IMG/VR virus record: IMGVR_UViG_3300011335_000575
Location: 1 to 63,223 of that record
Reading direction: 5' to 3' (one strand)
Source of the DNA: a virus
Taxonomy: Duplodnaviria; Caudoviricetes
DNA length: 63,223 nucleotides
A program made the translations under genes and the position numbers. Below, one piece after another: positions 18,554-28,364 of this stretch (positions are counted from its first letter, which is position 1; each line of letters opens with the position of its first letter). The notes under the pieces are model-generated. The model worked only from the letters and a program-made list of their open reading frames with translations, had not been told where the DNA came from and ran no database searches.

Positions 18554-19588
18554 ATGGATAAAGAAACAAAAAAACAACCAGAGGTTGAATTAGATTTAGA
18601 TGACGCTAATGAAACATCTGTTGAAATAAAAGAAAAGGAAGCACCTAAAAAAGCTCCTAACTTAAATGTTGGTGAAGTTGATTTAGGATATACAACTCAC
18701 GATGGCAAAGCAGAAAAAGAAAAAGAAAAAATTGCCGTTGAAGAAATAGAAGATCAACCTAAAGTTGAAGCTAAAGTTGAAGCTAAAGTTGAGACTAAAA
18801 CAGAAGCTAAACCAGAAGGTGAGAATCTAGAACAGTATACTGAAAGCGTAAAAAAACGTATTGATAAGTTAACTTATAAAATACGTGAAGCAGAAAGAAG
18901 AGAAAAAGCTGCTTTAGAATATGCTAAAGGTTTACAAAAAAAATACTCAGATGCTGAATCTAAGTATTTAGATGTAGATACAAACTATATCAAAGAATTT
19001 GACGCAAGGGTTGATGCTCAACGTGCACAAGCGAAAGCTAAATTAAAAGCTGCAATTGAGTCTCAAGATGCGGAACAAATAACACAAGCACAAGATGAAC
19101 TGACAAGGTTGTCTGTTGAGAAGGAAAAGGCACGAATCGTTATGAGCGAGCGTGAGGCAGCTAAAAAAACCTTTGAGGAACAACAAAAAGCTCAGCCTGT
19201 GCAACAAGTACCTCAACAACCAATCACTCCAAGTACAAAAGCTAAGTCATGGGCTGAAAAAAATGAGTGGTTTGGTAATGATAAATACATGACAAATTCA
19301 GCATTTATGCTTCATGAAGACTTGGTAAGTCAGGGGTTTGACGCAGAGAGTGATGAGTATTATAATGAGGTAGATAAACGTATGAGAGATTTATATCCTC
19401 ATAAGTTTGCAAAATCTCAAGAAGTTGAGATTACAGAGGAGAACAGGAAACCCGTCCAAACTGTTGCTTCTGCTGGTAGAAAACAATCAGGACGCAGAAC
19501 CGTGAGACTCACCAAATCACAGGTGGCTATTGCTAAAAAATTAGGGGTGCCACTAGAAGAGTACGCTAAATACGTGAAGGAGGTATAA
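18554..19588 (+). CDS. capsid scaffolding protein (putative)
   Basis: Acidic coiled coil upstream of the capsid gene; C-terminal LTKSQVAIAKKLGVPLEEYAK helix-turn-helix; KVEA repeats. Confidence 0.7.
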   Translation: MDKETKKQPEVELDLDDANETSVEIKEKEAPKKAPNLNVGEVDLGYTTHDGKAEKEKEKIAVEEIEDQPKVEAKVEAKVETKTEAKPEGENLEQYTESVKKRIDKLTYKIREAERREKAALEYAKGLQKKYSDAESKYLDVDTNYIKEFDARVDAQRAQAKAKLKAAIESQDAEQITQAQDELTRLSVEKEKARIVMSEREAAKKTFEEQQKAQPVQQVPQQPITPSTKAKSWAEKNEWFGNDKYMTNSAFMLHEDLVSQGFDAESDEYYNEVDKRMRDLYPHKFAKSQEVEITEENRKPVQTVASAGRKQSGRRTVRLTKSQVAIAKKLGVPLEEYAKYVKEV

Positions 19589-20064
19589 TGAGCGATAAAA
19601 TAAATAAAAGAACTTCACGCGAGTCAGAAGTAAGAAATAAGGATCTTCGTAAGAAGCCTTGGACTCCACCGTCAAGTCTGGATGCACCTAAAGCACCAGC
19701 GGGTTTTGTTCACAGATGGATTAGAACAGAATCGCAGGGTTTTCAAGATACGGCAAACGTATCTAAAAAACTCAGAGAAGGTTGGGAATTTGTGAGAGCC
19801 GAAGAAATTCAAAATTCTATGGGTGATCATGATTATCCAGTGATCTCTGAGGGAAAATATGCTGGGTTAGTAGGGGTTGGCGGCCTTGTGTTGGCAAGGA
19901 TACCTGAAGAGATTGTCAAAAGTCGTTCCGAGTATTTTAAAAGAATTACTCAGGATAGAATTAAGTCGATTGATGCCGATCTAATGAAGGAACAACGACC
20001 AGGAATGCCTATCAATATTGAAAGGCAATCCCGTGTAACTTTTGGTGGTGGACGTAAGTCATAA
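19588..20064 (+). CDS. conserved head-module protein
   Basis: WTPPSSLDAP, RWIR, REGWE, GGLVLARIP motifs. Confidence 0.75.
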   Translation: MSDKINKRTSRESEVRNKDLRKKPWTPPSSLDAPKAPAGFVHRWIRTESQGFQDTANVSKKLREGWEFVRAEEIQNSMGDHDYPVISEGKYAGLVGVGGLVLARIPEEIVKSRSEYFKRITQDRIKSIDADLMKEQRPGMPINIERQSRVTFGGGRKS

Positions 20065-20120
20065 TTTTTTGGCAAAAGTCAACTACTGTAAATTAAATTA
20101 AAATAAACGGAGTATAATAA

Positions 20121-20699
20121 ATGGCAAACGTAACAGAAAAATTTGGTCTAAGACCAAGTAGACAACTTAACGGTAGTCCATTCATTAACGCCCAAAACAG
20201 ATATAGAGTAGCAAACAATAACTCTACTTCAATTTACCAAGGTGATGTGGTGATCCCATTCGCTTCTGGTAATGTTGGAAGAGCTATTGCAAATACATCT
20301 ACACCTGCAGTGGGAGTATTTAATGGATGTTTTTATACAGATCCGACAACTCAAAAACCAACATGGAAGAATTATCTTCCAGGTTCAACAGTTGCGAGCG
20401 ATATTATCGCTTTCGTAATTGATGGCCCAGACACAGTATTTGAAATAAATGCTGATGATGTTTTTGCAGTTGCCGACATCTTTAAAAACTTTTCAATCTC
20501 TAATGAGACTGGAAATACTAAAACAGGTATATCTAATGTACAATTAGACGTGTCAGAGTCAGGAACGGCTTCTACATTCCTAGTTCAAGCAATTGATATA
20601 TCAGGCGACGTACTTAACAGCGATGTGGCTGTATCTAATATGAATGTACTTGTTAGAATTAACAATCATTTCTATAGATCTGCTACCTCAGGACTATAA
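20121..20699 (+). CDS. capsid decoration/minor capsid protein (putative)
   Basis: Beta-rich, directly before the major capsid gene, strong RBS. Confidence 0.6.
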   Translation: MANVTEKFGLRPSRQLNGSPFINAQNRYRVANNNSTSIYQGDVVIPFASGNVGRAIANTSTPAVGVFNGCFYTDPTTQKPTWKNYLPGSTVASDIIAFVIDGPDTVFEINADDVFAVADIFKNFSISNETGNTKTGISNVQLDVSESGTASTFLVQAIDISGDVLNSDVAVSNMNVLVRINNHFYRSATSGL

Positions 20700-20713
20700 T
20701 AGGAGAATAAAAC

Positions 20714-21637
20714 ATGGCTATATCACGTTCACAGCTAGTTAAAGAACTAGAGCCAGGATTGAATGCCCTATTCGGCCTGGAATATAACAGATACGACAAC
20801 GAGCACACAGAAATCTTTACATCTGAAACTTCAGACAGAGCGTTTGAAGAAGAAGTAATGTTAACGGGTTTCGCAGGTGCTGCTATCAAACAAGAAGGTG
20901 CAGGAGTGCAGTTCGATCAAGCTTCTGAAGCCTACACTTCAAGATACACTCATCAAACAATTGCATTAGCATTTGCTATAACTGAGGAAGCGATTGAAGA
21001 TAACTTGTACGATAGATTAGCTTCTAGATATACTAGAGCTTTAGCTCGTTCAATGTCACAAACTAAACAAACAATAGCAGCTAACATTTTGAATAATGGT
21101 TTTGATTCTGCATACACAGGAGGTGATGGCGTTCAGCTTTTAGCTAATAATCATCCTCTTGCTAATGGATCAACATTTTCAAACATTCTAGCGACTGCAG
21201 CCGATCTTAACGAAACTTCATTAGAACAATCGTTAATTGACATTGCAGGATTCGTAGATGAAAGAGGATTGAAAATCGCTCTACAAGGTAGAAAATTGAT
21301 TATTCCAAAAGAATTACAATTTACTGCTGAGAGAGTTTTAAAATCTCCTTTATCAACAAATCAGACTAATAACTTCGCTAAGAATGATATTAATGCTATG
21401 TTGAATATGGGAATGATCCCTGAAGGTTACAGAGTTAATCACTTCTTAACTGACACGGATGCGTTCTTCATTATTACTGACGCTCCTAACGGATTAAAAG
21501 AATTCGTTAGAAGTCCAATCAAAACAGCTATCGAAGGCGATTTTGACACTGGTAACGTTAGATTTAAAGCTAGAGAAAGATACAGCTTCGGCTGGTCTGA
21601 CCCTAGAGGAATCTTCGGAACTCCAGGAGCGGCTTAA
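20714..21637 (+). CDS. major capsid protein
   Basis: 307 aa HK97-fold-like pattern (ITEEAIEDNLY, FKARERYSFGWSDPRG), strong RBS, followed by a terminator. Confidence 0.9.
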   Translation: MAISRSQLVKELEPGLNALFGLEYNRYDNEHTEIFTSETSDRAFEEEVMLTGFAGAAIKQEGAGVQFDQASEAYTSRYTHQTIALAFAITEEAIEDNLYDRLASRYTRALARSMSQTKQTIAANILNNGFDSAYTGGDGVQLLANNHPLANGSTFSNILATAADLNETSLEQSLIDIAGFVDERGLKIALQGRKLIIPKELQFTAERVLKSPLSTNQTNNFAKNDINAMLNMGMIPEGYRVNHFLTDTDAFFIITDAPNGLKEFVRSPIKTAIEGDFDTGNVRFKARERYSFGWSDPRGIFGTPGAA

Positions 21638-21658
21638 TAATTTAAGTCTTTCTACGAT

Positions 21659-21694
21659 AAGGGGCCAAGGTTTACTTTGGCCCCTTTTTCTTTT
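21659..21694 (+). terminator. rho-independent terminator after the capsid gene
   Basis: AAGGGGCCAA/TTGGCCCCTT stem plus T-tract. Confidence 0.9.
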
Positions 21695-21721
21695 ATAATT
21701 AAAAAATACTAAGGAGTTAAA

Positions 21722-22057
21722 ATGAAATCAGACGTAAAACCAGTCATATGTGCTAGCACAGAATCTAATAAAGTTTTATTTACAGGACCTACAAGATTAA
21801 GAGGATTTATGATTCAATCCACTGGTGTAGCTGGAACAGCTATTATTAATGGTTTAGCGAACGCAACAACTGTTAGTTCTTCAGTTAATACAGAAGTTTA
21901 CATTGCAGTGTCTGTTGGAGCGAATGCAACAGAAACTTTAAATCTTCCAGAAGATGGTGTTTTATATGCAGCCAGAGGTGGTAAATTTATTGTTGATGGT
22001 ATTGGTGTAACATCTAATACCAGTGCATTAAATATAACATTATTTATAGACAAATAA
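21722..22057 (+). CDS. hypothetical virion-associated protein
   Basis: 111 aa, AAGGAG RBS. Confidence 0.65.
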   Translation: MKSDVKPVICASTESNKVLFTGPTRLRGFMIQSTGVAGTAIINGLANATTVSSSVNTEVYIAVSVGANATETLNLPEDGVLYAARGGKFIVDGIGVTSNTSALNITLFIDK

Positions 22058-22059
22058 AA

Positions 22060-22569
22060 ATGTCTGGCTTAGGCATCCAAAAAAAAGGAACAGGTAAAGC
22101 TGTTAAAAAAATGTCATTAGGTGGAGCTTTAGCTATTAAATCTGGAGCTTACCAAGGCAAACCAGGTGATTACGAACAAAGATATTATACACAATCATTA
22201 TTTCCACAAGCTTCTCAAGCTACAGGTTATGTAGCTCCCATACAAACAGAAAGTAAAAAAGAAAAAGAAGAAAAAAAAGAAGGTATGGCTAGAGGAGGAG
22301 ATGTACAACCCCCTAAAAATAAAAAATATTTTAGACCAACAAAAGCTGGTGCTGGAATGACAAAAGCTGGAGTTGAAAGATATAGAAGAGAAAACCCAGG
22401 TTCAAAGTTATCCACAGCAGTAACTGGTAAAGTTAAACCAGGAAGTAAAGCAGCCAAAAGAAGAAAATCATTTTGTGCAAGAAGTGCTGGACAAATGAAG
22501 ATGTTTCCAGGTGCTGCAAAAGACCCAAATTCAAGATTAAGACAGGCTAGAAGACGATGGAAATGTTAA
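22060..22569 (+). CDS. basic protein with DUF6321-like domain
   Basis: YRRENPGSKL, RRKSFCARS, SRL..ARRRWKC; contains MSLGG and MARGG. Confidence 0.75.
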   Translation: MSGLGIQKKGTGKAVKKMSLGGALAIKSGAYQGKPGDYEQRYYTQSLFPQASQATGYVAPIQTESKKEKEEKKEGMARGGDVQPPKNKKYFRPTKAGAGMTKAGVERYRRENPGSKLSTAVTGKVKPGSKAAKRRKSFCARSAGQMKMFPGAAKDPNSRLRQARRRWKC

Positions 22570-22575
22570 CTTGCA

Positions 22576-23235
22576 ATGTCTTATTTAAATGCTAACATAC
22601 CACCCATATACTGTAAAATAAGAAGGGAATATTTATATGACTTACGAGAACATCACGGCGAAACTGAAGATTGTGTGGTCTTTGCTATTGCAAGTATTCC
22701 AGGGCGTGCAATCTTATTTCATGCTTTACTTACGAATGGTGCAATATACTGGAGGCTTCCTATCTCTGCTTTTCTTCAAAGAAGAATCGGCACTGATGTG
22801 CATAGCCCACAAATGGAACATCAAGATCTCGAAGATCTTCAGCTATGGAATTCATTTAGTTATTATCCTGCTATTACTACTTTTGATTTTTTAATAGGGC
22901 AACGTTGTAAATATTTAGGAAAGGATAAAAAATTTATTCATGGAGAATATTTATTCACTTTGGATTGGGCACATCCAGAACCTAATATCATCGATACTGA
23001 ACATTCTGAAATTCCCGATCAGCATAAGTGTGCTCACATTTTGGCTCTTGATAACGGTAATTTTGCAGCTCAGCCTAATAATCGTATTTTGTGGAGTATT
23101 CCTAGTTTTACAACTTCAACACATTGGCCAGATTATAAAGTACAAACTACAGAATGGAATGTTGAAAATAAAAAATTTGTAACTGATGACACAGACAAAT
23201 TTTTTTATGATATAATGGATAAAAAATATGAGTAG
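22576..23235 (+). CDS. conserved phage hypothetical protein
   Basis: YLNANIP, RLPISAF, HKCAH, AQPNNR motifs. Confidence 0.75.
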   Translation: MSYLNANIPPIYCKIRREYLYDLREHHGETEDCVVFAIASIPGRAILFHALLTNGAIYWRLPISAFLQRRIGTDVHSPQMEHQDLEDLQLWNSFSYYPAITTFDFLIGQRCKYLGKDKKFIHGEYLFTLDWAHPEPNIIDTEHSEIPDQHKCAHILALDNGNFAAQPNNRILWSIPSFTTSTHWPDYKVQTTEWNVENKKFVTDDTDKFFYDIMDKKYE

Positions 23236-23578
23236 TGAATTTAAAATTAGTGATCAAACAAGTGTAGCTTTACCTATAAAAAATATAGTAGCTATTGTAT
23301 CTGCTATTGTTGTAGCAGTGTGGACTTATTTTGGCATAGTTGAAAGATTAAATAGATTAGAGACCAATGAAAAATTAATGGCTCAAGATTTATTAAAGAA
23401 AGCAGAACAGACTCCAAAAAATCAAGAATTATTTATGCTTATTGAATATCAAGCTAAAACAATAGAGAAGCATACTAAACAATTAGAAGAAAATGTTCAT
23501 ACAAAAGTATTAATAGCTCAATTAGAAAAAAAAGTAGATAAATTAGAAAAAGAAATAGATTCTTTACGAGGTAAATAA
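23228..23578 (+). CDS. membrane-anchored coiled-coil protein
   Basis: One N-terminal TM segment and heptad repeats. Confidence 0.65.
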   Translation: MSSEFKISDQTSVALPIKNIVAIVSAIVVAVWTYFGIVERLNRLETNEKLMAQDLLKKAEQTPKNQELFMLIEYQAKTIEKHTKQLEENVHTKVLIAQLEKKVDKLEKEIDSLRGK

Positions 23579-23793
23579 TGATTGAAATAGTATTTGCATT
23601 ATTAATGTATATGAATGGTAAACTAGAAGGATATTCACCTAAAGCTACTATAGCAGATTGTTTAGAACAAAAAAGAAAAGTAGAACGTGATGGTAACCCA
23701 AGTGTTACTTCATGGAGCTGTAAAGAAGTAAAAGCCATTATAGAAATTGATAAACATGGCATCAAACGAATCAAAGAAGTTAAACAAGACTAA
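23578..23793 (+). CDS. small hypothetical protein
   Basis: TAATG coupling; hydrophobic N-terminus; two Cys. Confidence 0.6.
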   Translation: MIEIVFALLMYMNGKLEGYSPKATIADCLEQKRKVERDGNPSVTSWSCKEVKAIIEIDKHGIKRIKEVKQD

Positions 23794-23855
23794 TTGTATT
23801 AACAACCTAGCAATTGGAGATTGCTGTCTTTTAAATCAATGTAAATGTAAAAAAT

Positions 23856-24431
23856 ATGACAGAAGCACAAAATCTAAAAAGACTAACGATTCTTAGTTTT
23901 ATATTAACATTTTTATTTTTAGTTTTAATTGGATATATAGCTAGACTAAAAGAACCCGCCTTTCGGGCTGTTACAGGTAAAGAATTTATAAACAATGTAA
24001 ATAGGTGCATAGATTATTTAGAAAGGAGCACCATCTCTTCAGATCAAAGAATCAATAGACAATTAATAGTAACTAAAGCTTCACTAGAATCTAATTATGG
24101 TAGATCTAGATTTGCAAACGAAGGTAATAATTTATTTGGAATAAGACAATTTACAAATTTAGAAAAAGGAATGTTGCCAGATGGGCAACCAGATACTATT
24201 AATTGGAGAGTAGCTAAATTTAAAACTAAATGTGATTCTATACGATACTATATTAATTTGTTAAATAATAATCATCACTATGAAGATTTTAGAAAAGAAA
24301 GAGAATATCAAAGATTAAATAATATAAATATACCCACTAGGTACTTTGTTAAACTTGAAAAGTATGCTACTAATCCAAATTATCCTAATTTATTATTAAG
24401 AACATATTTGGAAATATATGAACCTAAGTAA
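23856..24431 (+). CDS. glucosaminidase (GH73/Bax-like) peptidoglycan hydrolase with N-terminal TM
   Basis: A.LES.YG.SRFA.EGNNLFGI and YATNPNY motifs. Confidence 0.85.
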   Translation: MTEAQNLKRLTILSFILTFLFLVLIGYIARLKEPAFRAVTGKEFINNVNRCIDYLERSTISSDQRINRQLIVTKASLESNYGRSRFANEGNNLFGIRQFTNLEKGMLPDGQPDTINWRVAKFKTKCDSIRYYINLLNNNHHYEDFRKEREYQRLNNINIPTRYFVKLEKYATNPNYPNLLLRTYLEIYEPK

Positions 24432-24876
24432 AAGTTTTACATTAAACGAATTAACAAAGTCTCAAGAAGCAACTAGACTTGGAATAGATAATACTCCAAA
24501 CGAAGAACAAATACAAAATCTTAAAATACTTTGTGAAAAAATATTACAACCTTTAAGAGATTTTTATGGCATGCCTGTTTCTATATCCTCTGGTTATAGA
24601 TCCGTTGCACTTTGTGAAGCCATAGGATCATCAGCCAAAAGTCAGCATACAAAAGGAGAAGCAGCAGACTTTGAAATATTTGGAGTACCTAATAAAGAGG
24701 TCGCAGAGTTTATTGTAAAAAACCTAACTTATGATCAATGTATACTTGAGTTTTGGAATGAAAATGAGCCTAACAGTGGATGGGTGCATTGTAGTTATTC
24801 AGTAAACAGCAACAGAAAGCAGTACTTGAAGGCAGAAAAATTGAATGGTAGAATTGTATATACTGTACTAGATTAA
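24418..24876 (+). CDS. peptidase M15A endolysin
   Basis: SSGYR, SQH..GEAAD, WVH zinc-binding motifs. Confidence 0.9.
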   Translation: MNLSKSFTLNELTKSQEATRLGIDNTPNEEQIQNLKILCEKILQPLRDFYGMPVSISSGYRSVALCEAIGSSAKSQHTKGEAADFEIFGVPNKEVAEFIVKNLTYDQCILEFWNENEPNSGWVHCSYSVNSNRKQYLKAEKLNGRIVYTVLD

Positions 24877-24880
24877 TCAT

Positions 24881-24985
24881 ATGCCAATTGGAAGATCTCA
24901 AATACCACAACAAATAGAAGGTAAACTTCGTGGAGCAAAACCATCTAAAGCTATGCTTAAATATAAAAAAAGAAAGAAAAAATAA
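24881..24985 (+). CDS. 34 aa basic peptide (MPIGRSQIPQQ...)
   Basis: Read manually; TAATG coupling to the next gene. Confidence 0.6.
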   Translation: MPIGRSQIPQQIEGKLRGAKPSKAMLKYKKRKKK

Positions 24986-25230
24986 TGACTAAATTATGTT
25001 CTAGAGGAAAAGCAGCAGCAAAAAGAAAATTTGCAGTTTATCCAAGTGCCTATGCAAATGCTTATGCTTCAAAAATCTGTGCAGGTAAAATAAAAGACCC
25101 ATCAGGCGTGAAAAGAAAAGATTGGAAACCAAAAGGTGCATATATGGGCAAGTTTATAGAAGTAAAAATGAATGATAAACGTTATTCTAATTCTTCTTTA
25201 AAAAATTATTACAACGATTTATTAAAATAA
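24985..25230 (+). CDS. basic hypothetical protein (YPSAYAN motif)
   Basis: 81 aa, translationally coupled. Confidence 0.7.
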   Translation: MTKLCSRGKAAAKRKFAVYPSAYANAYASKICAGKIKDPSGVKRKDWKPKGAYMGKFIEVKMNDKRYSNSSLKNYYNDLLK

Positions 25231-25691
25231 TGCCTGATGATAAAGATAAAGAAGAATCAGTTATAGAACTTGCTAAAAGAGTTGGTTCAAAAGAAGCTGC
25301 AAGAATTATTACAGAACAAAAAGCAAAATTAAAACAAGAAAAAGGTTTTGAAAAAACAGGACAATACTATTTTGATCTTGGTCTACAACAAGGTGGTCTT
25401 GCAAAATGGTTTAATGAGAAATGGGTAGACATTTCTGCACCAAAAAAAGGGGGAGGATATAAAGAATGTGGAAGAAAATCAGCGAATGGGTCAAAAAGAG
25501 GTTACCCAAAATGTGTTCCTGCAGCAAAAGCAGCAAGAATGACTGAAAGTCAGAAAAGATCAGCGATAATTAGAAAAAGAGCAGCTGGTAATGTGGGGCC
25601 AAAACCTACAAATGTTAAGACAATATTGAAAAAACCTAAAAAAATGCAAAGTGGTGGTATATATAATATGACAAAAATGAGGTATATTTAG
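25230..25691 (+). CDS. basic hypothetical protein (GL.KWF.EKWVD, YPKCVP) with GG motifs
   Basis: LQQGG and MQSGG motifs flank the conserved domain. Confidence 0.7.
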   Translation: MPDDKDKEESVIELAKRVGSKEAARIITEQKAKLKQEKGFEKTGQYYFDLGLQQGGLAKWFNEKWVDISAPKKGGGYKECGRKSANGSKRGYPKCVPAAKAARMTESQKRSAIIRKRAAGNVGPKPTNVKTILKKPKKMQSGGIYNMTKMRYI

Positions 25692-25694
25692 CAT

Positions 25695-26033
25695 ATGATG
25701 AAAAAATCTAAAAAATATAAAGACATGTCCATGAAACATGAAGGTATGGAATCAAAAGCTATGGAAGCTAGAGAAACTATGCTCGAAAAAAAAGGATATG
25801 AAGAAACAAAAAGTGGTAAAATGAGACCTATGAAAGCAAAAGAAGGTGTAATGGCAAAACTATCACCAAAAGCAGATTTAAACAAAGATGGAATGTTATC
25901 CTCTTATGAGAAAAAAAGAGGAATGGCTATTCAAGAAGCTATGGGTGAACCTATTAAAGCAAAAAAAGGTAAAATGATAGTTAAAGGTCAAAAAGCAATT
26001 CAAGTTAACAAACAATACTTCGGAGAATACTAA
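25695..26033 (+). CDS. basic Met/Lys-rich protein with EF-hand-like loop
   Basis: DLNKDGMLSSYE loop. Confidence 0.65.
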   Translation: MMKKSKKYKDMSMKHEGMESKAMEARETMLEKKGYEETKSGKMRPMKAKEGVMAKLSPKADLNKDGMLSSYEKKRGMAIQEAMGEPIKAKKGKMIVKGQKAIQVNKQYFGEY

Positions 26034-26034
26034 A

Positions 26035-26163
26035 ATGGGAATGAAAGAATACCAAAAATCTAAAATTACTCCTAAATTTGCAACTAAAGAGCAAATGAAA
26101 ATCATGGCCAAAGGTCAGGAGAATGTAAAAACTAGTCAGTTAAAAAGTCCTAAAAAGAAGTAG
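26035..26163 (+). CDS. 42 aa basic peptide
   Basis: Read manually; fills the gap; IMAKGQ echoes neighbouring tags. Confidence 0.45.
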   Translation: MGMKEYQKSKITPKFATKEQMKIMAKGQENVKTSQLKSPKKK

Positions 26164-26173
26164 GTTATGACAT

Positions 26174-26863
26174 ATGGCTACTTCAGGAACTACATCATTT
26201 GATTTAGATATAGACGATATTATTGAAGAAGCTTATGAACGTTGTGGTGTTAGAACTAACAGCGGATATAATATAAAGTCAGCAAGAAGAAGTTTAAACA
26301 TTTTATTTTCTGAATGGGGAAATAGAGGTGTTCATCTTTGGAAAGTAGAATTAAAAAATCAATTATTAACTGCAGGAACTGCAACTTATGCAACTCCATC
26401 TGACTGCAGTGATGTATTAGAAGCTTATGTTTCTACAGCTGAAACTATTACTCAAACAACAAACGATATTTCTTTAGATAAGATTGATAGATCTGCTTAT
26501 GCAGCCCTTCCTAATAAGGGACAACAAGGACAGCCTTCACAATATTATGTAAATCGTCAAATTAATCCAACAATTACTTTATATTTGTCACCTGATTGTG
26601 CTCAATATACTTATTTAAAATATTATTACATTAGTAGAATTCAAGATGCGGGTGATTATAATGATCAAGCCAATGTTCCTTATAGATTTTTACCCTGTAT
26701 GATATCTGGACTTGCTTATTATCTTGGACAAAAAGTTGCTCCTGATAGGGTACAAGGATTAAAATTAATATATGAAGATGAAATACAAAGAGCTTTAGAA
26801 GAAGATTCGCAAAGAACAAGTTCTTATATTTCACCTTATACTTACTTTGGGGATGGTGTATAA
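26174..26863 (+). CDS. head-tail adaptor / tail tubular protein
   Basis: IIEEAYERCG, ARRSLN, G.P..YY, F.PC...GLAYY; position in the operon. Confidence 0.7.
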   Translation: MATSGTTSFDLDIDDIIEEAYERCGVRTNSGYNIKSARRSLNILFSEWGNRGVHLWKVELKNQLLTAGTATYATPSDCSDVLEAYVSTAETITQTTNDISLDKIDRSAYAALPNKGQQGQPSQYYVNRQINPTITLYLSPDCAQYTYLKYYYISRIQDAGDYNDQANVPYRFLPCMISGLAYYLGQKVAPDRVQGLKLIYEDEIQRALEEDSQRTSSYISPYTYFGDGV

Positions 26864-27213
26864 TGGCATTTGCAAGAGGTAAAAGATCACTAGCAATTTC
26901 TGATAGATCAGGAATGCAATTTCCATATGTTGAAATGAAAACAGAATGGAATGGTTCTTTCGTCCATTATACTGAGTATGAACCAAAACAACCTCAATTA
27001 GATCCAAGACATCATAAAGCAGATCCACAGGGACTTAAAAACGCAAGATCAGATACTGTTCCAGGTGGAGGATGTTTAGTACAGTTAGATTTATTATATT
27101 GGCCAGGACAATACACATCTATTGGAATGCAGCCAGGTATAAGTGGAGATATTATTAATTCTAGAAGACAAGCTTATTCAAATGTAGGGGATGTAACTAT
27201 TAATATAACATAA
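26863..27213 (+). CDS. virion structural protein (hypothetical)
   Basis: ISDRSG, E.KQPQL motifs; coupled. Confidence 0.6.
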   Translation: MAFARGKRSLAISDRSGMQFPYVEMKTEWNGSFVHYTEYEPKQPQLDPRHHKADPQGLKNARSDTVPGGGCLVQLDLLYWPGQYTSIGMQPGISGDIINSRRQAYSNVGDVTINIT

Positions 27214-27214
27214 A

Positions 27215-27898
27215 ATGACATACGCAGAATTAGTACAAAAAATTAGAGATTATACAGAAGTAGGATCTGAAGTTTTAACTTCTACTATTGTTAATGGATT
27301 TATTAGAGATTCTGAATTTAGAATATTTAGAGAAACAGATGCAGATTATTCTAGAGAATATGCTACTTCTACATTTACAGCAAATAATAAATATTTAGTT
27401 TTACCAAATTCATCAGGATCTTCTGGAAGTAATACATCTAGAAGAGCTTTAATTGTAAGATCCGTGGTTGCAACAAATAGTTCAAATATTCAAGTCGCTT
27501 TAGAACCTAGAGATGACACATTTATTACTGAATATAATGCTTCAGGCACTACAGGATTTCCAAAATATTATGCAACTTTTAGAGAAGATGCTATTGAAGT
27601 AGCTCCTACTCCAAATGCAGCTTATGCTGTAACTTTAGACTATGTTTATACACCAGATGGTTTAAGTGCTTCAAATACAACAACTTATGTAAGTGTAAAT
27701 GCACCAGAACTATTATTATATGCATGTTTAGTAGAGGCTTTTGCATATCTAAAAGGTCCGATGGATATGTACAAACTGTATCAGGACAAGTATAATACAG
27801 CATTACAAGGATTTGCGTTAGAACAAACAGGTAGAAGACGCAGAGACGAATTTCAGGATGGAGTGTTACGTATCAAAATTAACTCACCATCCCCATAA
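27215..27898 (+). CDS. head-tail adaptor protein
   Basis: MTY.EL...I, G.PKYY, .PTP, LLYACL.EA pattern. Confidence 0.7.
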   Translation: MTYAELVQKIRDYTEVGSEVLTSTIVNGFIRDSEFRIFRETDADYSREYATSTFTANNKYLVLPNSSGSSGSNTSRRALIVRSVVATNSSNIQVALEPRDDTFITEYNASGTTGFPKYYATFREDAIEVAPTPNAAYAVTLDYVYTPDGLSASNTTTYVSVNAPELLLYACLVEAFAYLKGPMDMYKLYQDKYNTALQGFALEQTGRRRRDEFQDGVLRIKINSPSP

Positions 27899-27919
27899 CA
27901 ACTATAAGGAGTACAACAT

Positions 27920-28351
27920 ATGGCAATAACACAAGCAGTGTGCAACACTTTCAAATCAGAAATTTTAGGTGCTGTGCATGATTTTGATTCAGGTTCAGGA
28001 CAAGTTTTTAAATTAGCACTTTATTCATCAGCAGCTACATTAGATGCTAATACAACAGTATATTCATCAAGTAATGAAGTTTCTAATACAGGACAATATA
28101 CTGCTGGAGGAGGTGTATTAACTTCTCAACAAGTATCATTAGATGGTTCAGTAGCAATCATTGATTTCGCAGATTTATCTTTTACAGGAGTAACACTTAC
28201 TGCAAGAGGAGCTTTAATTTATAATACATCAGCTTCTAATAAATCAGTTTGTGTACTAGATTTTGGTGCTGATAAAACTGCAACGTCTGGAACATTTACA
28301 ATTCAATTCCCAGCATTTACATCTGCAGCAGCTATATTAAGAATAGCTTAA
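27920..28351 (+). CDS. tail-associated structural protein
   Basis: FKLALY, ARGALIYN, VLDFG.DK motifs. Confidence 0.65.
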   Translation: MAITQAVCNTFKSEILGAVHDFDSGSGQVFKLALYSSAATLDANTTVYSSSNEVSNTGQYTAGGGVLTSQQVSLDGSVAIIDFADLSFTGVTLTARGALIYNTSASNKSVCVLDFGADKTATSGTFTIQFPAFTSAAAILRIA

Positions 28352-28364
28352 TAGGAGAAATCCT

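Noticed and set aside
18760-18810. 12 bp repeat encoding KVEA in the scaffold gene
   Set aside because: Ordinary low-complexity linker expansion
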